From: Candidatus Woesebacteria bacterium
GTDB taxonomy: Bacteria > Patescibacteriota > Microgenomatia > UBA8517
Length of the DNA: 64,000 nt
Direction: 5' to 3'
Assembly: GCA_016432365.1 (NCBI GenBank)
Contig: CP066686.1
Coordinates: 64,355 to 128,354, forward strand
Positions 1 through 8,902 of the stretch are shown here, piece by piece. How positions within the stretch are numbered: the stretch's first letter is position 1; each line of letters starts with the position of its first letter. The notes below the pieces were generated by a model, which did no database searches, had not been told where the DNA came from, and saw only the letters and a program-made list of their open reading frames with translations. A program made the translations under genes and the position numbers.

Positions 1-142
1 GACCTAAAAATTCCGGTAAAAAAACAGTTGTATAAACTGGGGTGTTAGGCCAAATTTCTAAAAGAGTCTCTACAAATCGTTCTGCCCCGCCATATTCTTT
101 TATATAGTCATGTACTATTGCTATCTTTAATTTATTATTCAT
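1..142 (-). CDS. Glycosyltransferase family 4-like, partial: only the N-terminus is in the window and the gene continues past position 1
   Basis: The reverse complement of 1..142 translates to MNNKLKIAIVHDYIKEYGGAERFVETLLEIW..., a typical GT4 N-terminal motif. The ATG at 140-142 overlaps the stop of the next gene. Confidence 0.45.
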   Translation of the reverse strand, partial: MNNKLKIAIVHDYIKEYGGAERFVETLLEIWPNTPVYTTVFLPEFLG

Positions 143-145
143 TGT

Positions 146-1105
146 CTAAAATAACGACCCCTGTTTATCTTCCTCTATCTTTTTTCCAACATCCAATACT
201 CTTTTCGTCAGTGTCTTGAAACCAAACTCTTCCCCAAACAACTTTATTACTTTTTGTCCTGATATATTCCATTTACCCATTTCCTCAAAATCCAAATCAA
301 TCGGAACATTCCTGTCTATGGTCGCCAGAAAATATGATTGATCAGCTGATTTTTTTCCATTTTCAAGTTTCTCTTTTACCCCTCCAGATATTTCGTCCAT
401 GTGTTCGTAGATCCCCTTGACTGTCTTATATTTGGATAGAAGTGTCTCTGCTGTTTTAGGTCCAATTCCGGGAACTCCGAAATAGTTGTCGGAGGCGTCC
501 CCCGTCAACGCCTTGAGATCGACAATCTGTATCGGAGGAACTCCCATCCTTTCTACAGTATCTGACTCACCATACAACTTCGCATTCAATATTCCGGCAA
601 CGGGCATGTATAACTTGATATTTAGTTTATCGTCAACCAATTGTAGTTGGTCTCGGTCTCCGGTCACTATTACAACTTCGTCAATCAGAGCAGGAGAGCT
701 GGAGAGTGTAAGAGTAGAAGTATTGGTTGCCTTCGAGACAATTGTCCCAATCACATCATCCGCTTCATATCCCGCTTTTGAGTAAACAGGAATATTGGCC
801 GCAGCTAAAAATTTACTAGCTTTTTCAAATTGTGAAGCCAACTCGTTTGCCATCGGAGGACGCTGAGCTTGATAGGTAGGTAGCTCTTTTTGCCTAAAAG
901 TTGGCTCTTTTCTATCAAAAGCCACGGCAATATGACTCGGTTTAATTTCTCCGATTACCTTAAGAAGCATTGAGATGAGACCGTAAACCGCGTTTATCGG
1001 TTCGCCATTGGGGGTGGTTAAGGAGGGAATTGCATGAAACGCCCGATGCATAATTGCATTTCCATCAATAATCACGAGTTTATTCATGGATATATTGTAT
1101 CCCAA
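146..1105 (-). CDS. 5'-3' exonuclease (FEN-like; Pol I N-terminal domain homolog, free-standing)
   Basis: The 319-aa ORF has the conserved 5'-3' exonuclease motifs (VIIDGNAIMHRAFHA, GYEADDVIGT, GVPGIGPKTA H3TH region). Confidence 0.8.
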   Translation of the reverse strand: MGYNISMNKLVIIDGNAIMHRAFHAIPSLTTPNGEPINAVYGLISMLLKVIGEIKPSHIAVAFDRKEPTFRQKELPTYQAQRPPMANELASQFEKASKFLAAANIPVYSKAGYEADDVIGTIVSKATNTSTLTLSSSPALIDEVVIVTGDRDQLQLVDDKLNIKLYMPVAGILNAKLYGESDTVERMGVPPIQIVDLKALTGDASDNYFGVPGIGPKTAETLLSKYKTVKGIYEHMDEISGGVKEKLENGKKSADQSYFLATIDRNVPIDLDFEEMGKWNISGQKVIKLFGEEFGFKTLTKRVLDVGKKIEEDKQGSLF

Positions 1106-1140
1106 ATGAAGTTCTAAGTCTTACTTGACGCATTCAACAG

Positions 1141-1170
1141 ATACTAGTTGCTAGTTACTAGTATCTAGTT
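1141..1170. repeat. CTAG-rich palindromic intergenic repeat, copy 1 (atactagttgctagttactagtatctagtt)
   Basis: It lies between the exonuclease start and the ftsH stop and shares the actagtatctag core with the other copies. Confidence 0.6.
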
Positions 1171-1171
1171 T

Positions 1172-3034
1172 TTATTTCTGTCCGACTATCTTTTCAAATT
1201 CGTCTCTATCAAGAGTTTCTTTAACCAGCAAGGCTTCAGAAACTTTATCCAATATCTTCCTTTTTTCCTTCACCATCTTTACGGCAACTTTGTAACAAGA
1301 ATCAAGAATCTTTTTAACTTCGTTGTCTATTTTTTCCAAGAAGGCAGGCGAGTTTTTAGCAGATTCATACCATTCCATCTGGCCAAAATCCCCCATTCCT
1401 GTATCATCTCCAAAATTCATAGGCCCAAGTTCGCTCATTCCAAATTCAATCACCATTGCCCGGGCAACTTTGGTAGCTTGGGCTATATCATTGCTGGCGC
1501 CACTTGTCATCTCATTAAAAACAAGTTCTTCCGCGGCACGGCCGCCAAGCATTGCTGTAATCTGATTTAGAAGTCTCGATTTTGTTTCATGAGTTCTATC
1601 AGCGGCAGGGGGAATCAACGTATGCCCAAGACTCATCCCGCGCGCAACAATGGAGATTCTGTGGACGGGGTCCATTCCCTTTAGAAAGTTTGTAACGATT
1701 CCATGTCCCGCTTCGTGATAAGCGGTGATTTTCTTATCCTCGTCACTTTGAAGCCTTTTTTTGGCTGGCCCAAGTTTAACTTTTGTTGCACTCTCTTCGA
1801 TCTCCTCCATTGAGATCTCATCTTTGCCGTTTCGGGCTGCCCCAATCGCGGCTTCGTTAAGCATATTTTCCAAATCAGCTCCTGAAAATCCAACGGTGCG
1901 ATCGGCAACCCTACTCCAATCAACCTTTTTGGCAAACTTTTTTCCTTTGGCGTGGATCAAAAGAATTGCAAGCCGTCCCTCTTTGTCGGGCATGTCGAGT
2001 ACCACTCGTCTGTCGAACCTCCCCGGTCTTAAAAGTGCCGGGTCAAGCAAATCTCCACGGTTTGTGGCCGCCAAAACGACGACGTTATCGTTTGGAGTAA
2101 ACCCGTCCATCTCAACAAGAATTTGATTTAGCGTTTGTTCACGTTCATCGTGCCCGCCCATCATTCCACGGCCGCGAGACCTCCCGATTGCGTCAATTTC
2201 GTCTATAAAAATTATTGAAGGAGCGCTTGCCTTTGCCTGGCCAAAAAGATCACGAACACGGGAAGCTCCAACGCCAACCAACATCTCCATAAATTCCGAT
2301 CCGGCCATGCTAAAGAATGGTACCCCTGCTTCCCCTGCCACAGCTTTTGCCAAAAGTGTTTTACCAACTCCCGCAGGTCCAAAAAGAAGAGCACCCTTAG
2401 GAGTTCTTGCCCCCATCTTTCTGTATTTGGCAGGATATTTAAGAAAATCAACCAACTCTTCAAGCTCTTTTTTGGCTTCGTCCACACCGGCAACGTCTTT
2501 AAAAGTCGTATCTTGCTTGCCCTTGGCAAAAATCTTAGCACGGGATCTTCCAAAGGAAAAAATATCCTGCGCCCCCTTGCTTTGGGCTCTCATAATATAA
2601 TAAAAGAAAGCAGCCATAAGAATTATCGGTAGCACAATTCCTGCGATATCTGCCAGAGTTTTAGTCAGGGATTGATCTATAACAGCAAAATTTACACTTG
2701 TGGGATCTATCTCCGACTCTTTAAGAAGCTGACTAAACCCTTCCGAATCTTCTTTGGTGGACATCCTGACTGCTCCGTCTTTATAGGTAACAATCATTTT
2801 GTTTGCCTGAATCTGAACCTTATCTACTTTATTCGACTTAATATCATTTAGAAGTTGAGAGATCTCCACATTATTATTACTCCCGGCCATTTGAACTCCG
2901 GTTACGATAAGAGGGATTACAAAAAATATAACCAGAAGACCTAAAGCAACCGTCCAAAGATTGATTTTCAACTTGAATTGGACTTGCTTCTTTCCACTTG
3001 GGTTTTTGGTTTTGAGTAATTGTTTCGGATCCAT
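1172..3034 (-). CDS. ftsH: ATP-dependent zinc metalloprotease FtsH
   Basis: It has N-terminal TM helices, the AAA Walker [12 protein letters not shown] and the HEAGH zinc motif; length is 620 aa. Confidence 0.95.
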   Translation of the reverse strand: MDPKQLLKTKNPSGKKQVQFKLKINLWTVALGLLVIFFVIPLIVTGVQMAGSNNNVEISQLLNDIKSNKVDKVQIQANKMIVTYKDGAVRMSTKEDSEGFSQLLKESEIDPTSVNFAVIDQSLTKTLADIAGIVLPIILMAAFFYYIMRAQSKGAQDIFSFGRSRAKIFAKGKQDTTFKDVAGVDEAKKELEELVDFLKYPAKYRKMGARTPKGALLFGPAGVGKTLLAKAVAGEAGVPFFSMAGSEFMEMLVGVGASRVRDLFGQAKASAPSIIFIDEIDAIGRSRGRGMMGGHDEREQTLNQILVEMDGFTPNDNVVVLAATNRGDLLDPALLRPGRFDRRVVLDMPDKEGRLAILLIHAKGKKFAKKVDWSRVADRTVGFSGADLENMLNEAAIGAARNGKDEISMEEIEESATKVKLGPAKKRLQSDEDKKITAYHEAGHGIVTNFLKGMDPVHRISIVARGMSLGHTLIPPAADRTHETKSRLLNQITAMLGGRAAEELVFNEMTSGASNDIAQATKVARAMVIEFGMSELGPMNFGDDTGMGDFGQMEWYESAKNSPAFLEKIDNEVKKILDSCYKVAVKMVKEKRKILDKVSEALLVKETLDRDEFEKIVGQK

Positions 3035-3055
3035 TCGAACGTCAATTATATCCTA

Positions 3056-3448
3056 TTATCTTACTTTTGTCCCATCTGGAACTTTTTCCTGAAGATTAAA
3101 TAAAACCGTTGGGGTTTCTTCCTGAACTTTTTTATCTTCCGATGCATCCCCAGGGCAAGCCATAATCATCATCGCCTCGGAGAGTTCTTTATCGGGACCG
3201 ATTGGCCTGGGTTTTAAGTTAACTACAAATGGAAATTGTTTGCCGACAAGATCTTCGGGTTTGAAGAACTTCATGATACCGGAAAAGCAAATCCTAGTGG
3301 ATTTGCCGTCCGTAGCTTCAGCGAAGGAGGGCCCAAAATCTACTTCCAACCTAATCACCCAATGACTCCATTCGGGGACTTCGGCTTTGACAACGGTTCC
3401 AATCCTTATATCCACTGCTTCAAACTGGTCAAAGGTTATTTCGTCCAT
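3056..3448 (-). CDS. tRNA-binding protein (CsaA/Trbp111 EMAP-type OB-fold)
   Basis: The 130-aa protein shows FEAVDIRIGTVVKAE ... FPFVVNLKPRPIGP, the characteristic CsaA/MetRS C-terminal tRNA-binding motif. It sits directly downstream of trpS. Confidence 0.75.
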   Translation of the reverse strand: MDEITFDQFEAVDIRIGTVVKAEVPEWSHWVIRLEVDFGPSFAEATDGKSTRICFSGIMKFFKPEDLVGKQFPFVVNLKPRPIGPDKELSEAMMIMACPGDASEDKKVQEETPTVLFNLQEKVPDGTKVR

Positions 3449-3451
3449 ATT

Positions 3452-4957
3452 TTAATTTAATTTGTTTTTAATCCCAATTAGTTTATACGCTTCTTCGAGG
3501 GTTGTGTTTGCTATTGTACTCGCCTTTTTGGATCCTTCCAAAAGAATGTTTTTTACAAGTTGCAAGTCGCCTTCGAATTCTTTTCTTCGTGCTCTGGCTT
3601 CTGCAAAATATAATTTATGAGCCTCAACCAATTTCTCTTTAACTTCCACATCTCCAATCTCACCTGCTTTATATTTTGTTTTCATCTCTTCAACCATATC
3701 TTTATTTTGGTTAATTATATCGTGGTACATAAAAACGGTGTTTCCCTCGATCTTCCCGGGATCGGTCGCTCTTTTTCTGTTCGGGTCAGTATACGCGCTC
3801 ATTATTTGTTTTTTTATCACTTCATAGTCATCAAATATTCCAATCACATTTCCCAAACTTTTGCTCATTTTTCGTGTCCCGTCTGTACCAACTATTTTTC
3901 CTGTTTCTTTAGAAATCAGTGGTTCCGGCAAAGGAAATAAGTCATTAGAATATGTCTTATTAAAATTTCCAGCAATATCGCGGGTTAATTCTATATGCTG
4001 TCTTTGATCCTCCCCAACCGGAACTCCATATGGTTTATACAAAAGAATGTCGGCGGCCATCAAAATGGGATAATTAAAAAGGCCCATGTTTATAGATTCA
4101 ACTTCTGCGCCAAATTGAAGTTTGTCTTTAAATGCATGCATTCTCTGCATTTGGCCGAATGAAATATAATTTGCCAAAACCACAGCCAGTTGAGAGTGTG
4201 CAGGAACTTGTGATTGGCGGAAGAAAACACATTTTTCCGGATCAAGTCCCAATGCCAAATAATCCAAGACGACATTCGTAATATTGTCTTCTAGTTTTTC
4301 TCGATCCTTTACAGTTGTTAGAGCATGCAAATCAGCTACAAAATAATAAACTTCCAAATTTCTATTCTGTAACTCGATTTGGGGTTTAACTGCCCCAAAA
4401 TAATTACCAATATGTAAGGCATTACCACTTGGGGTAATACCAGATAAAATTCTTTTATTGTCAGATCTTTCCAAACTATCCAAAGCATCCCCCGCTGTGA
4501 TATCAACGACTACTGAATTGGGAATCTTAGTTAAGTCTGAAGATTTATATTTTGTTGTAACTAATAAACTTCCTGAACCACCATATACATATTCGTTTTC
4601 GAGTACTTGACGATCAATGAAGGTTTTAAATCCGGTCAGGTAATGCGCCGCGCCGGGCTCAAGGCCGGTTAATCGGGAAAACTCCTCTTTGCTGGCAATG
4701 TTTAATTTTTTAACACTCAATAATTTCTTTGTTTTTTCTAAATCTAACCTAGTATCTCCCCTACGAATTAGCGCAACGTAGTCGTCGTCTGCTTTCATTA
4801 AAAGTGTTGCAGAGCTAAGTTTTAGTGGCAACCCTAGGAAATTCATAACATCAGAAACCTCAACAAAAGCCGGGTGTTCAATAAATTCATGAAGGATATT
4901 TAGCTGATCCAACTGTTTACCATATTCTTCGACTGTTTGTTCAACTTTGTTTTTCAT
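3452..4957 (-). CDS. trpS: Tryptophanyl-tRNA synthetase with a ~170-aa N-terminal YbaK/ProX-like (deacylase-type) extension
   Basis: The C-terminal ~330 aa carry the class I motifs HIGN (HIGH), ADLHALT and KMSKS typical of TrpRS. The N-terminal region (LIRRGDTRLDLEKTKKLL...LTGLEPGAAHYLTG...YGGSGS) resembles the YbaK/ProX trans-editing fold. Confidence 0.85.
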   Translation of the reverse strand: MKNKVEQTVEEYGKQLDQLNILHEFIEHPAFVEVSDVMNFLGLPLKLSSATLLMKADDDYVALIRRGDTRLDLEKTKKLLSVKKLNIASKEEFSRLTGLEPGAAHYLTGFKTFIDRQVLENEYVYGGSGSLLVTTKYKSSDLTKIPNSVVVDITAGDALDSLERSDNKRILSGITPSGNALHIGNYFGAVKPQIELQNRNLEVYYFVADLHALTTVKDREKLEDNITNVVLDYLALGLDPEKCVFFRQSQVPAHSQLAVVLANYISFGQMQRMHAFKDKLQFGAEVESINMGLFNYPILMAADILLYKPYGVPVGEDQRQHIELTRDIAGNFNKTYSNDLFPLPEPLISKETGKIVGTDGTRKMSKSLGNVIGIFDDYEVIKKQIMSAYTDPNRKRATDPGKIEGNTVFMYHDIINQNKDMVEEMKTKYKAGEIGDVEVKEKLVEAHKLYFAEARARRKEFEGDLQLVKNILLEGSKKASTIANTTLEEAYKLIGIKNKLN

Positions 4958-4965
4958 TTTTTTAA

Positions 4966-6063
4966 TTATACCTGTTTTTTAATGTGTTGTTTGCCTTTCA
5001 AAAAATAAAACGGCGCATCTTCAATATCTCCCTCTAAATAAACGGCTGTATAAACTTCAGGGTGTGTGATTATTTCTCCAAAATACACGATATCTACTTT
5101 ATCTGACCCCAAAACGGGAACTCCGTGGTGTGGAAAAATCCTAGTCCTCTTATGAATGGGGTGAAACGAATAGGTATCATTTCTGGCAATGGTTGATACA
5201 TAAATATAATTCGGAAAAACAGACTTTATAATCTGATTATCTTTTTTCATTTTTGCAATTGCTAAATATTTCACCGCCAACTCAACTGAAGCCGATTTAA
5301 TATACTCAGCAAATTCCTTTTGGAAAACTGTAAGTTCCCGATTATTGAATCCAAATACCGTGAGCAAATCTTCATAATAAACGTCTTGGTTGATAGGAAG
5401 GCTTCTAGACATAACAGGTACCAATTTATTTATCTCTTCTGAAATTCGCGGGTTTGTCAAACTGGCAAACAAATACTCTTCTTCGTGTTTACAACCCATC
5501 TTAAATTCACTTTTATTATTTAATATATCTAAAAAATCAATGAATCTTATCGTCCCATTACCCCCAGTTTTTCCCAGAAAAGTTTGAATTCCAGCCTTAT
5601 ATTTATCAATCTCATAATCTGTCGATCCAAATAAATCTTTATATGTTTCACTTTCAGACAAAACTGTAAAATTTACACCCGGGGAATAAATTTGACGAAC
5701 AGTTTCGTTTATATCCAATAACCTTTGTAAAAAAGCAAGTTCCCCAAGATCCGGAGTTTTTCTTAATGTCTCTATCGGGTTATGACATTTAAATGGAAAT
5801 CCCTGAAAAACAAAATTTATCGGCTCGTTTTTCAAAACAAACTCTTTGATTTTTTGCTTACTCTCATTCTGAACCGTTGAGGCAACCAGGCCATCCCCCC
5901 TTCTAATGGTCGAGTCCATTAGTAAATCAAAAATCATATCTGACTTATCACCACCATCATTTTTGGATGGCACTAGAGTTCTCGGCTCCCTTAACAAGCC
6001 GTTTATATCCAAAATCTTCAAAGTATTTATGTTATTAGCTTTTAATAATTCGTTATATTCCAT
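4966..6063 (-). CDS. Hypothetical protein (365 aa) lying between trpS and tRNA-Trp
   Basis: This is a long ORF in an operon-like arrangement with no motif I can assign confidently. A weak resemblance to the Dit1/PvcA-type fold is unverified. Confidence 0.5.
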   Translation of the reverse strand: MEYNELLKANNINTLKILDINGLLREPRTLVPSKNDGGDKSDMIFDLLMDSTIRRGDGLVASTVQNESKQKIKEFVLKNEPINFVFQGFPFKCHNPIETLRKTPDLGELAFLQRLLDINETVRQIYSPGVNFTVLSESETYKDLFGSTDYEIDKYKAGIQTFLGKTGGNGTIRFIDFLDILNNKSEFKMGCKHEEEYLFASLTNPRISEEINKLVPVMSRSLPINQDVYYEDLLTVFGFNNRELTVFQKEFAEYIKSASVELAVKYLAIAKMKKDNQIIKSVFPNYIYVSTIARNDTYSFHPIHKRTRIFPHHGVPVLGSDKVDIVYFGEIITHPEVYTAVYLEGDIEDAPFYFLKGKQHIKKQV

Positions 6064-6139
6064 GCCAAACTATCCCCTGGACGCGCCGCATCTCAGAGGC
6101 TCCTTTCTGTAAACTGTTTTCAAATTCTTTACTCATAGG

Positions 6140-6212
6140 CAGGCGAGGCTGGAATCGAACCAGCGATTTCGCGTTTTGGAGACGCGTGTTCTACCAACTG
6201 AACTACTCGCCT
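6140..6212 (-). tRNA. tRNA-Trp (anticodon CCA)
   Basis: A cloverleaf was read by hand on the minus strand: acceptor AGGCGAG/CTCGCCT, D-arm GTTCAGTTGGTAGAAC, anticodon loop CUCCAAA, T-arm GCTGGTTCGATTCCAGC. The 3' CCA is not encoded. Confidence 0.85.
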
Positions 6213-6531
6213 ATTTTCCCAACAAAAAGGCCCTTGCAAACCAACGAAATAAATCGTTAATTCACAAGGGCCCATTTCTGGGGGTGCCACCCTATTGTTA
6301 TCCTCCTAAACAAAAAGTCCCCGGTCGAAACCGAGGAAAATCAAAATAAGAGGATCTTATTTCTGACATTCTCCGCTTGTGCGACAAATGTTGCGGTTCT
6401 TTTTACAGTTTCGCCTCTGTAGGTTATTTAGTCCTCTGCTAGTTTCAGCGGTTCCATCCCTCCGCCTCAAAGCATTTGTTAAACTGTCTATATACTATCA
6501 GATATAACTCGAGTATGTCAAGTTTTGAAAA

Positions 6532-6810
6532 TTATCCGGAAAACCTGACACTGGCCTTACATTCATCACATTTAACATATTTCTGAGACACCACGACACT
6601 ATTTATGCCCACACCCCAAGGATTTCTACTTCGAATATCAATAACTTGATCGGATTCAATCTTACTAAGTGGCAAGGATTTGCTGCAATTTTTTTCATGC
6701 ACAAAGTTTGCCACAACCTCTTCATACGAAGGGGGTAAATCCAACACGTTGGAAACAAATTTTTCCAAACGTGCACCCATATCTTTAAACCCTTTAAATC
6801 TTTCTTTCAT
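6532..6810 (-). CDS. Hypothetical small protein (92 aa)
   Basis: An ORF between the tRNAs; it has a C-terminal CxxC pair and is otherwise unassigned. Confidence 0.35.
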   Translation of the reverse strand: MKERFKGFKDMGARLEKFVSNVLDLPPSYEEVVANFVHEKNCSKSLPLSKIESDQVIDIRSRNPWGVGINSVVVSQKYVKCDECKASVRFSG

Positions 6811-6813
6811 TTT

Positions 6814-6890
6814 TGGTGTCAGGGGAGGGATTCGAACCCTCGACCTCAGCGTTATGATTGCCGTGCTCTAACCAACTGAGCTACCCTGAC
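6814..6890 (-). tRNA. tRNA with CAT anticodon (elongator Met or Ile2/lysidine); CCA encoded
   Basis: Minus-strand cloverleaf: acceptor GTCAGGG/CCCTGAC, D-arm GCTCAGTTGGTTAGAGC, anticodon loop AUCAUAA, T-arm GAGGGTTCGAATCCCTC, 3' ACCA. Confidence 0.85.
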
Positions 6891-7036
6891 TCGTCAGAGC
6901 TTGCTTCGCTTTTTGCATACCGTTTTGCAGTTCTTCCTCCCAAATTTGCAAAGCAAATTTGAAAAGAAGGGCCATCGATAAAAGCGAAGTTTCCGAGCAT
7001 CGGAAACGTAGCGTAAAGGTTTACGCTCCGAACTTG

Positions 7037-7106
7037 TTGCGGGGCTGGGAGTTGAACCCAGCCTGGAAGATTATGAGCCTTCCGTGCAGCCGTACACTAC
7101 CCCGCA
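7037..7106 (-). tRNA. Second CAT-anticodon tRNA with a non-canonical D/acceptor layout (fMet, Met or Ile2)
   Basis: On the minus strand it has the anticodon stem-loop GAAGG-CUCAUAA-UCUUC, T-arm CTGGGTTCAACTCCCAG and a GC-rich acceptor GCGGGG/CCCCGC. The D-stem is only 3 bp and there is no encoded CCA, so the exact ends are uncertain by 1-2 nt. Confidence 0.6.
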
Positions 7107-7305
7107 TGTTACGAACAAGGGTATTATACCTTAAAGAAGATGCTGTAGTCACGTTAATTTTTAATATGAAGATTTCTGTTCTAACTACTCTCAAACCTCT
7201 AATCTAAATTAGAAACTTGAGAGTGGTGCTGAGAGCTTGGCCTTTTTATAAAAATAAAGGTTTTGGCTCTCAGCACATTTTAGTTAATCGTCTTTGTTGT
7301 GTGAC

Positions 7306-8208
7306 CTAGCGCCAGTGTTTTTCATCAGGGTCGTGAGGCCGAATTACCGGAATCTCGGGTGCCGTCAAAGGCCGATCGGGGCGCCAATTCCAAGGCCGAT
7401 CCCACCAATTGGGAAAAGTCGGAACAGGTTCAGTCCAATCCCAATTGAAATTCCAGGTTTTGCGTAGTAAGGGCAAAAGATCCTCACGGAACTCGGTGCG
7501 CAGGAAAACCACGGGCTGTGAATCCATATTGTAACTCAAGCCTGTGCGAGCGTGGCTCATATGTTCTTCAGCGCCGGCGCCAATCGCAGCTCCACCCTTG
7601 GGTGTTGAGGAACCGCGTCTGCCAGAAGAAGAACCGTCGCGCAAATTGGCTTCAAATGTCAGAGGATCAAAACCTTTGACATAGGCGCCGCCCATACCAT
7701 CACCCTCATTCGTGGGTCGATCGTATTGGTGGCGGTTTCCTGCCACAGTGCGCTCGTAGATGCGGATTTGGCCGCGCCATTTTGTACTACCAAAAGCGTT
7801 CTCACCGATTGCCTCGCCATAACCCGACTTGGTAATGATTAGCGGTCGGCCGAGCTGGGCATTTGGATTCCCCAATTGATAAAAGAGCTGTTGGTCACCG
7901 GGAGCCAGTTCCCACATGTGGTCAACGTGACAAATATCAGGATCTGATTCACCATTATCCCACAAGTTCCGGGCCTCGAGAAAGGTCGGGTACGCACGCC
8001 AATTTGAGTTTCCATTCCAAATTCCGATACCAAGGCGCATACCCATTGTCACGGGAAGATAAATCTCATTACCCCATCTGAGCATGCGCAGAAGCACGCG
8101 GTTGCCCATGTCCTGAGCCCAAACAACAGTGTTCGAACCCGCCGGTCTGAAACTCTGGATCATTTCGAAGCTTTGCCGATTTCCGGTCGGCCAATTTTGA
8201 ATAGTCAT
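7306..8208 (-). CDS. Hypothetical protein, GC-rich, with a Trp-rich C-terminus (probably horizontally acquired)
   Basis: The track ORF is 7306..8301, but the start is probably the internal Met (MTIQNW...) at 8208, which is preceded by AAAGGAGAAAAAATG. Local GC is clearly higher than the flanks. The C-terminus reads NFNWDWTEPVPTFPNWWDRPWNWRPDRP. Confidence 0.55.
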   Translation of the reverse strand: MTIQNWPTGNRQSFEMIQSFRPAGSNTVVWAQDMGNRVLLRMLRWGNEIYLPVTMGMRLGIGIWNGNSNWRAYPTFLEARNLWDNGESDPDICHVDHMWELAPGDQQLFYQLGNPNAQLGRPLIITKSGYGEAIGENAFGSTKWRGQIRIYERTVAGNRHQYDRPTNEGDGMGGAYVKGFDPLTFEANLRDGSSSGRRGSSTPKGGAAIGAGAEEHMSHARTGLSYNMDSQPVVFLRTEFREDLLPLLRKTWNFNWDWTEPVPTFPNWWDRPWNWRPDRPLTAPEIPVIRPHDPDEKHWR

Positions 8209-8434
8209 TTTTTCTCCTTTTTGAATTGAACAAGCCGACAAAACACCACACTTAGATTTGTGGTTATCTAAGCACAAAAATCTCTGCCCAAACAGCCACA
8301 AATCTAACAGACGATTAAACTTTTAAAGAACAAAAGCATTTTACCAGAAATAGGTTTCGTGTCAACACTATGGGGCGAATAATTTCAGCCACCCCACACA
8401 TCTTACTCGCGGGGCGATTTGGCGGGGTTGGGTA

Positions 8435-8830
8435 TTATTTAGAAACAAATAGTTGTACCCATTTCTTCCAATTGGGGTCAGGCAGGGTTTCCAGGTCAAT
8501 TTCAATTTTGGGAGCAAGGCTCCTCAATACGTCCCCGTCGGGCAAAACGACTATCGTCTCCCCTGTTTTAACCAGTCCAAGCTTGTTTCTAATCTCTTTA
8601 TCAATAAACTCGGGCTTTTGCGCTTCCGCAACTTGGTTGGCCAGTACTTCATTGGCAGCTTTCATTTTTGCAATTTTTGCCTTTTCAGCTGCAATTTCCC
8701 CCCTAATTCTCTTAACTTTACCTATATTTTGAACCAACGAAAGGGTCAAAAGTACGACCAAAACCCAAATGGCGTACCCACCAAGCTTCTCAAACTTGAC
8801 TTTTAGCCTCTTGACAAAATCCTTTTTCAT
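8435..8830 (-). CDS. Septum-formation initiator family protein (FtsB/DivIC-like)
   Basis: It has an N-terminal TM helix, a coiled coil (KVKRIRGEIAAEKAKIAKMKAANEVLANQVAEA) and an LGLVKTGETIVVL motif. Confidence 0.6.
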   Translation of the reverse strand: MKKDFVKRLKVKFEKLGGYAIWVLVVLLTLSLVQNIGKVKRIRGEIAAEKAKIAKMKAANEVLANQVAEAQKPEFIDKEIRNKLGLVKTGETIVVLPDGDVLRSLAPKIEIDLETLPDPNWKKWVQLFVSK

Positions 8831-8902
8831 AGGTAAATTACATCCTGTAATGTTGACATTCTCAAAATATGAGGTATAATTAACCTCTCAGATACATTAT
8901 AT

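Noticed and set aside
486-785. Antisense ORFs inside confidently assigned genes: 486..785 in the exonuclease gene; 1323..2600 (several ORFs) in ftsH; 15540..17016 in nrdJ; 20952..22708 and 22787..24760 in the PBP genes; 45199..46668 in the ATPase; 53559..54563 in the SBP-like gene; 56712..58552 in the island operon
   Set aside because: They are fully embedded in, and antisense to, long ORFs with clear conserved protein motifs. Their amino-acid compositions are typical of shadow ORFs, and none has an independent motif or RBS.
8069-8301. Longer N-terminus for 7306..8301 (start at 8301), and similarly the 231-aa version of efp (start at 48238)
   Set aside because: In both cases an internal Met gives a protein matching the family length. 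For 7306..8208 that Met is preceded by a strong SD; for efp it gives the canonical EF-P N-terminus. The upstream extensions are hydrophobic or low-complexity read-through.
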